From: Epithemia pelagica
Lineage: Eukaryota; Protista; Bacillariophyta
Assembly: GCA_946965045.2 (NCBI GenBank)
Contig: OX337232.1
Span: 3,286,001-3,350,000 of the forward strand
Direction of reading: 5' to 3'
DNA: 64,000 nt
Shown: positions 56,902 through 64,000 of the stretch, piece by piece
Numbering within the stretch: position 1 is the stretch's first letter
Layout: every line of letters begins with the position of its first letter
Made by a program: the position numbers and the translations under genes
The notes under the pieces: generated by a model
Databases searched by the model: none
Told to the model about the DNA's origin: nothing
The model's input: the letters and a program-made list of their open reading frames with translations, nothing else

Positions 56902-58496
56902 TTGGTCTTGTTTTTCCGTTTATCAGGTCACAGCCATGGCAACTCCGAGGAACACCGAAGATGTTCTCAATGGATCGGAAATTGCGCAAAATGTGGAAAG
57001 AAGATCCCGTGGGTGGACGGGATCTTCTGCGCAAATTTTGCGTACAGTGTTGGAAAATGCGCTCCATGTCGGAGCGCATGGTGTCCAGGGTGTTATTCTT
57101 TGAGCGACGATGACCGGTTCTACGTCGCGTCGCAAAACACCATGGTAGAAGAATCGGATCAAGACCGTCTGGTGGCTGAGACTTGGAGGAGTCGCACCAG
57201 AGACCGTCGGGAGGATTTCAATCAAGCACGAGCCGGCGATCACATGGTCACGCCGTTCGGATGCGATTTGTGCGTGTTCCGGAAACTACGACAAGAGGAG
57301 CCTGACTCGCAAAACCTAAAAGACCAGTACCTTCTCACTTGCATAAGACGAATGAACTTGGACGCCTTTTGGAGCAGGGCTACGAGTACGGTCATGCAGA
57401 ACACGAGGAATGCAAAAATGATGATAGAAAAATCCAAGAAAGTTGGGATTCCATTCGGACCCTTCAGAAGCCCTGGTCCTTTCCCTAATTATGACCATTG
57501 TGGCTATCATGTGGCTTTCTTAATGCTGGATGCGTCGTTGGATCAAGGAAAATATCATCGAGACAGAAAGCAGTTTGATACGATACGAAAATTTCGCTCT
57601 ACCTATTCAAATCATGTGAGAGCAACGGCTTCTACGTTGGTAAACGGCCATCCGTTGGTGCTTACAGACAACAATGGAAAGGCCTTTTCCCGAATGGGTC
57701 AGGATGAGAGCGGTTCGTTATGGTTCTCCAGATTTGTGGAAGGATGTCGACGTCGAATGGGCCAAGATTGGCGACCTGATCAGGCTGTGACCAGTGAACT
57801 AATGCTAGCCTTGTTGAGCTCAATCAAAGAGGAGATTGTGGAGAACCGAGAAGAACACGACGCGTTCTTCCTTGTTCTTGCTGGCACCTTCTTTGCTACG
57901 TCGTACGTTTTGTCGTTACGAGGCCCGGAAGGTTTGCTGCTGGACTTGAATGCGCTTGTAAAGTACATGGATCTTTACAGGCAACGAAACTGTATTGTGG
58001 TTGGGTTGTGGGGGCAGTTCAAAGGAGAGCATATGGAACGCTCACACCTTTTGCCATGTTGCGACGAGACCAGCAGTGGAATAAAGATAAGACGATGGAT
58101 AAATCGGGCAGTTTGCCTGTCCCAGGAGATGGGACGATGGTCGGGACCACTGATGCTCAATCGCAATGGGACCCCCATCACATCAAGAGCTTTGGACGAC
58201 ACTCTACATCGTCACTTGATAAAAATCTTCGTTGAGCGGAAGGACCTTTTCCCGCTTGCGCCATCAAAGACGAAGAGGACATTATATCAAGATACGCAGT
58301 CTTTCGATCCTTCCGGAGAGGATCAAATACGAGAGCCAAAGAAATTGGCGTTGCCACTCCAGACGTTGATACAGTCAACCGCTGGAGAACGAAAGAAAAT
58401 GCGGGCACAAACAAGCCAGGAGCCAGGATAGACCACATGTACGCCGATCTAAACTTGCTTGTGGGTCCGTTCTTGAGGTACACTTGGTCCATGTGA
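56902..58496 (+). CDS. Tyrosine recombinase, copy 2 (frameshift ~58258)
   Basis: N-terminal C..C...WC..CY and CDLC clusters, LSLRGPEG (catalytic R). After the frameshift: FRSFRRG, TVNRW, DHMY (catalytic Y), ending ...RYTWSM*. Confidence 0.85.
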
Positions 58497-60522
58497 TTGT
58501 CCAGTCGAGATTCTCGGTGGAGGGGGTTTTGGTTCCTACAAGTTGAGAGAAAGCCGACAGGGCAAGGCGTTTTCTCTTCTTGATTGTTGGTTTATGGGTT
58601 TGTTCCGTCACAGTCTGCTGTCCCTTGCCCCCTTTGCGATTGCATGGTGCTACCTGATTGCGTTGGGGGAATCCAGGGGAACAAACAGGAGTCTCGACAT
58701 GGTTCATCTACCCGTGGCTGATAAATTGGTACCCTTAGCAGGTTACAGAACACCGGCTTTGGCCCTGAGTGGAGAAGGTGTCGCCTTCCCCCCACAACAC
58801 GATCTAATCATATGACTATGATCGCGAGAATCTAATTTGTTTAAGTTATTGAGTTGTTTCATCTGTTTGTTCGCCTTGTATCTTTGGCTGAGAGGGATCT
58901 CTTGCTTGGATGGCTACGAGGAAGGGCCCAAGGTCGGCGTGCGAGTGCCCTCAATGTACATCAAAGTTTAAGCGGGATCAAGAAGCGGGAGTGGACCACG
59001 TCACGGAGCCTGCGCATTGATTGTGAGCGAAGAGAGAGAGCCGGGCGAGATCCAGAGAACATCGCCGGCACACCGAACAGGAAATAGATGAGGCAGAACA
59101 GGCGTGCAATTCGGAAGTCGAATTTGAGAAAGTATGTGTATCCCATCTACTGCGACAAAACACTTCCTGTTCAATCTCTGAAGTGCTATCATACAAGAAC
59201 CAAGGACTCGACCTTTCAAGAGACCTGGCTTATATGGAAGCAGACAACAATGCGCCAAAATGAGGTCCCTAGTGGAGCGCAAGCATCGACCAGATCCACT
59301 GAGCCAAAGACGCAACAAACAAGACAAGAGGGAGAAGGAGCTCTCACTCTTTGGATTTCCTACGGTTCGACGGCGAAGGCTTGATCACCTTTGGCGTTGT
59401 TCTGAGTTCTCTGAAGAGCTGAATCTCCAACTTTCACAGGCACCAGCTAAGTGCCTAGTATTTTCTTTTTTCCCTCCCTTCCCGCCCTGGGTTTTGGTTC
59501 CTACAAGTTGAGAGAAAGCCGACAGGGCAAGGCGTTTTCTCTTCTTGATTGTTGGTTTATGGGTTTGTTCCGTCACAGTCTGCTGTCCCTTGCCCCCTTT
59601 GCGATTGCATGGTGCTACCTGATTGCGTTGGGGGAATCCAGGGGAACAAACAGGAGTCTCGACATGGTTCATCTACCCGTGGCTGATAAATTGGTACCCT
59701 TAGCAGGTTACAGAACACCGGCTTTGGCCCTGAGTGGAGAAGGTGTCGCCTTCCCCCCACAACACGATCTAATCATATGACTATGATCGCGAGAATCTAA
59801 TTTGTTTAAGTTATTGAGTTGTTTCATCTGTTTGTTCGCCTTGTATCTTTGGCTGAGAGGGATCTCTTGCTTGGATGGCTACGAGGAAGGGCCAAAGGTC
59901 GGCGTGCGAGTGCCCCATTTTTTGTCCAACATTGTACAATGGGTGTACACCAGTATAGAAGAAGATTTGCTACTCTGCGAACGCGACTGAAATTTCAACG
60001 GATGGTCCCCCCCATGGGCTAGGGGGGGGAAAGGCGCAGAGGGAGGGGGGAAAGAGGGGGGAAGGAAGGGGAAAGAAAGAAGAAGAGGCGAGGGGGGAAA
60101 GGGGGAAAGATTCACTCCCAATCACTCCCAACCCAAAGCCACCCACAGCACGTCGCACAAGGAATCGAATCAGTACAATTAAGACTATAGTAAAAATTAC
60201 GAACCACTCAACAAAATGATAGAAAAACGATAGGAATAGAAAATTAACCAATCAAACCCATCCATAAAAATCGTGACACAAACCGGTCTAATAGGTTTAC
60301 ATGAAAATCGCTAATTTCAACGTGAAAAGCCTACCAGTATCACGTATGTACCTAGGTACGTGAACCAGTACCAGAACTGTCACACAACAAAATAGTGGAA
60401 GCAATCACTCACACACAGTTCGTTTACAAATTGAGTCACTGCGCCCAACGTTGCAAGTAACTTCTCACCATTCCCATACCCACCAGTGTTTCCCATTGGA
60501 TCCTACTGGTGTTCACTTGACC

Positions 60523-61839
60523 ATGGCACGTGAACGCAAAGCCGCTCCGAAAAGGCCTCCCGCTGCCGCCGCTTCTAAGGAAGATGGCACGCAAAAGGAT
60601 GAGCCCCTTGACACGATTCCCAAAAAGAAGAAAACCCGTGTTGAGAAACGCGAGTCCGACGCTTCGGATGACACTGGAGGCTCCTCCGTGAGACTCGTAG
60701 AAATCCGCTCCCCTGATGGCGTCGTCAGGAAAGTGTCGAAGGAAGAAGCATCCAAAGCACTGAAGGCGGGGGCATTTTCCTCAAAAGAGGAAGAAAAGAA
60801 ACCAGCTCAGAAGCTTGCCGAGATTTTGATCGACGACGATGATTCCCAGGGAGGCGATGGCGAATCAACCGACAAGAACATGGTTTTTGCCAAAATCCTT
60901 GACCGCCATATTCCCCGAACAATTTCCTTCCCCTCTACGGTGAAACGCACTTGCTCAGCGGCCTTCGGGCTTGCTTCGGCAATGGACGATTGCTTGTGGT
61001 TTTACAAAGCGGACCGTGGCGGAGGCTCCATGATTCCGGAGCTCCAAAACCTACGCGACCATGGAGCGAAGAAGATTGCGGATCGTTTGAACCTCCTACA
61101 GAACGTGAACAACGTGATCCAGCACACACTACAACCCTTTTATCAATGGGTGTGCTTGACGGAGCCCATTAACATTCTACACAAAAGCCCCGTCTTGCCG
61201 ATTGTGGTACTTCTTCCTCCTGGTCGCCGCAAGGATGACCCAAAGAAGTTTCTTCCGAACAAGTTCCATGGTTTTGCCGTGGTCCAAAACTGGATCTACG
61301 ATGCACAGGAAACGATCAGCCGGGAAGTGACGGAAGACCGTCTCGTCCAATACGGCTACCTCGAGGAAGGTGTATGGGGCGACGAGTCCGAGTCCTCTGA
61401 AGAGGAAGCCGAAAAGGATGAATCTCCCAAGAAGAATTCCATTATGGAGGATGAGGCGCTTTCCTCGGTAGACAAAAACGCTGAGGAACCGGCTTCACTC
61501 ACCCCTGTCCCACAGCAAGAATGTGAGCCGGCGAAGCCAACGCAACCATCGAAACCGTTTATCAAACCACCGTTGGTTGTGGCTGAAGGTGTAAAGCATT
61601 ACGCCGTGGTAATCAACGGAGCTTGGGTGACAAGCATGGCTACGGAAAAGATGGCCGATCTCAAAGAAGGTGGGGAACCCACTATTCCCACTCACATTGA
61701 AACGGGCTCCCGAGCCGGTACGACTCAGGTTCACAGCAACACGGCCCATCGTGGTTCCGCTGCTCCCCCTCGTGGTAGTGGATGGGGAGCCACACCAGCT
61801 CCTTCCAACCGCCGCTCTTCTCATGGGAGTCACCACTGA
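60523..61839 (+). CDS. Hypothetical protein, convergent with the downstream transposase-like gene (possible accessory gene)
   Basis: 438-aa open frame from MARERK; K/E-rich N-terminus, globular-looking core (CLWFY...FYQWVC...FHGFAVVQNWIY), low-complexity tail. Confidence 0.6.
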   Translation: MARERKAAPKRPPAAAASKEDGTQKDEPLDTIPKKKKTRVEKRESDASDDTGGSSVRLVEIRSPDGVVRKVSKEEASKALKAGAFSSKEEEKKPAQKLAEILIDDDDSQGGDGESTDKNMVFAKILDRHIPRTISFPSTVKRTCSAAFGLASAMDDCLWFYKADRGGGSMIPELQNLRDHGAKKIADRLNLLQNVNNVIQHTLQPFYQWVCLTEPINILHKSPVLPIVVLLPPGRRKDDPKKFLPNKFHGFAVVQNWIYDAQETISREVTEDRLVQYGYLEEGVWGDESESSEEEAEKDESPKKNSIMEDEALSSVDKNAEEPASLTPVPQQECEPAKPTQPSKPFIKPPLVVAEGVKHYAVVINGAWVTSMATEKMADLKEGGEPTIPTHIETGSRAGTTQVHSNTAHRGSAAPPRGSGWGATPAPSNRRSSHGSHH

Positions 61840-62069
61840 GAAGCACCATATGCACGTGGATGGCCATTTCCCACGGCTCCCTAAGAGATGGATATGAGTG
61901 AGTCTCTCCATTCTGCTATTCTTCTAATGGGCAAGTTTGAAACTTGACTGTAACCATGATAGAACATGTTGGCAAACACTACTCTGTCTTTTATCGTTCG
62001 TATTACTATCGCAAATGGCAAACAGTCACCGCATGAAACACAACGCGGAGACGGCCGTAATCCAGTTTC

Positions 62070-64000
62070 CTACTTTTTGGCTTTGCTCGACTTTGGACAA
62101 CTCTTGTCATGAGGTGGACGGCCATTTCGGTTGGGACGACAGGCCCACTGAAGAAATGGCTGACAGCATACCTGATGCTGAGCCTTTGGACGGGCCGTTT
62201 CTGCAATATTTCCCCATCCCCATCCTTGTGCTTGTGGATACTGAGGCACTGGTCCGCCAAACATCGGGTAACCACCTCGAGGAACAAGGAACGGCGGATG
62301 ACTACCCTCCATCTGGGCGGGCACGCAGTAAAGCTGGTTACTCCAACCTGGAATATCAGGGGAAGCTTTCACAGGAGACAGTTTTTGCGGCGATAGAGGA
62401 ACAGGAGACAGGTCAACCAAAGTTGGAGACGAATCATCGCAACTGGGTGTGGACGATGCCTTTTTGGAGGAACTGGATGGTGATGCCTTCTTGGAGGAAT
62501 CAAACACAGCCTTCGTAACGACATCCACAGATGAGGGCGTCTCTTCGTTCTTCGATTTGACTGGTGTCGCGATAAGAGGGGAGGACCAAACACTGTCCGC
62601 TTCCTTCGAAGATGGACCATTCTTGTTTGGGAGCAATGGCGATTTCTTCTTGTCATGAACAAGAGGAACCGGATTATTTCCACACTGATCACAGTAACAA
62701 CGATCATTTAAGGGAGACGATTGGAAAGCAGCCTGCCTTGCTCGCTCCTGAATCCAATACTCTGAAAAGAACCGCTCGCCGTTGTCTTCAGGCAACTCAC
62801 GAGCATACTCGAAAGGAATTGTTGGATATCCGGACTCCTTTGCGAGATCGTTGATGTAACCGAGCTCGGAATGGTTGTAAAATGTGGGATTATTGGCCCA
62901 ATATGCTGGAACATTCGGCCGTTCATCGACTGGTGTTGCAGCCATACGAAGCCGATGACGGATTCTCGTGTTGTACATTGTTGTACCTAACAAGTTGACA
63001 TTGTCGCACAAGGAAGAACGCATTCCAACATTACCGAAGTGAGCAAGGTGATCATGGAACCCCTCGAGTTTCGATTCACATCGCAACGAACTGTACTCGG
63101 CCAAACCATGACGAGTCGTCTTCGTGGGTGGGATAACGCGATACATATCCTGAACAGGCACAATGTCCTGAATATGTGCCGCATTCTTCTTCTGCTCTTC
63201 CACGGCGGTCTTGGTATCGACGGTGAAAAGCTTCTTTCCTGTAATGGGATCGGGGCGTCTGCGACCAGGTCGTTCGATGGGATCGGAAGAGTCAACCTTG
63301 TAATTACAGAACCATTCTTCAAGCTTCTGTCGAATGACATCAGGGGGCCTGATTTTCTTCATGAGGAACTTTCCATACTTCTTACGGAAATCCTTGGACA
63401 TTTCGATGTCAAGGATATCTTGATCAGACAATGGTTTCTTGTCTCGACCCATATTTCCTGCACGAAGAGCCTGTACCAATGCCTGGTACGTTTCGGGCTC
63501 CCACTCATAGATGCAATGGCAGAGTTCTCGCAAAGCTCTATGATAATCGATGTGGCCCTGACGAAGCGTTTTGATGATCCTTTGTTGAAAATGGTACAAA
63601 CCGAGTCGCCCAGTCAGTACCGCACCGAACAAGATCTTCCAGAACGCGTCCTTAGCAGGGTACGTGTCACTGTACATGGCAACCGGATTGAAATGTGGTC
63701 GACGGGCCAATTGCTCGGCGGCATGCGCAATATCAGCCACCCCAGTGCCTCCTGTCAATACAACGGAAGCGATTTCACCGGTTTCGGTTGCTGTATCCCA
63801 AGCGGCCGCCGCTCCAAGCTTCTTGGTGTAGTTCTTGACCATCTCCATTGTATGGTCTTGGGCAAAGAAAGCGTTGGTTCCAACTGATTGCATCTCGCGA
63901 ACACACCGATCATGATCGCTTACCCCATAAGGTGTAAGGTTCGAAGCGCAAGCTTCATCAAACAGATCTCGAATCGTATCACCAGCTGGGGGCATGGTTG
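62070..64000 (-). CDS. Putative DDE transposase (Mutator/ISL3-like fold; DUF6729-associated type), 5'-partial
   Basis: AQDHT (D), YSDTYP (D), RLGLYHFQQRI (DxxH-like), CIYEWE, HIQD, YSSLRCESKLEGFH (E), MYNTR, and a C-terminal CxCxxC plus CC/H cluster. The frame is open at the window edge. Confidence 0.55.
   Translation of the reverse strand, partial: TMPPAGDTIRDLFDEACASNLTPYGVSDHDRCVREMQSVGTNAFFAQDHTMEMVKNYTKKLGAAAAWDTATETGEIASVVLTGGTGVADIAHAAEQLARRPHFNPVAMYSDTYPAKDAFWKILFGAVLTGRLGLYHFQQRIIKTLRQGHIDYHRALRELCHCIYEWEPETYQALVQALRAGNMGRDKKPLSDQDILDIEMSKDFRKKYGKFLMKKIRPPDVIRQKLEEWFCNYKVDSSDPIERPGRRRPDPITGKKLFTVDTKTAVEEQKKNAAHIQDIVPVQDMYRVIPPTKTTRHGLAEYSSLRCESKLEGFHDHLAHFGNVGMRSSLCDNVNLLGTTMYNTRIRHRLRMAATPVDERPNVPAYWANNPTFYNHSELGYINDLAKESGYPTIPFEYARELPEDNGERFFSEYWIQERARQAAFQSSPLNDRCYCDQCGNNPVPLVHDKKKSPLLPNKNGPSSKEADSVWSSPLIATPVKSKNEETPSSVDVVTKAVFDSSKKASPSSSSKKASSTPSCDDSSPTLVDLSPVPLSPQKLSPVKASPDIPGWSNQLYCVPAQMEGSHPPFLVPRGGYPMFGGPVPQYPQAQGWGWGNIAETARPKAQHQVCCQPFLQWACRPNRNGRPPHDKSCPKSSKAKK

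Larger units (their letters stand above)
50747..59915 (+). mobile_element. Tyrosine-recombinase retrotransposon, copy 2, split direct repeats A1-(A')-gag-pol-YR-B1-A2-B2
   Basis: A1 50747-51229 = A2 58951-59433 (483 bp); B1 58524-58950 = B2 59489-59915 (427 bp). Internal junction GAGTG-CCC-TCAATG; C-runs at both ends. Confidence 0.92.

Overview
Eukaryotic, TE-rich window. Short GT-AG introns, Q/T-rich low-complexity proteins, C-terminal HSF domains, cAMP-receptor-like GPCRs and a CoDi-like Copia end suggest a pennate diatom (inference). Host genes: an FMO, an ankyrin/coiled-coil protein, a PNPO-like protein, two HSF-domain paralogues, two GPCR paralogues, a DUF962/Mpo1-like protein and a pair of unknown paralogues. 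Three of these paralogues carry a single C->T-type nonsense codon. More than half the window is mobile DNA: (i) a Copia 5' end; (ii) a near-contiguous 21-kb TE island (21.7-42.8 kb) made of a MITE-like element, a TTAA-flanked piggyBac with a P2X7-ballast-like second gene, a 6.5-kb TIR element with an uninterrupted 1297-aa RAG1/Transib-like transposase plus a convergent partner gene, and a foldback element interrupted by a tyrosine-recombinase (YR) retrotransposon; (iii) a second YR retrotransposon with split direct repeats; (iv) a further putative DDE transposase with a convergent partner. Top signals: in both YR elements gag and pol are in the same frame, separated only by TGA-CGG and a 16-bp stem-loop 9 nt downstream (the signature of programmed stop-codon readthrough), and a two-gene RAG1/Transib-like transposon with non-CAC termini. 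All family assignments come from motif recognition by eye, not database searches.
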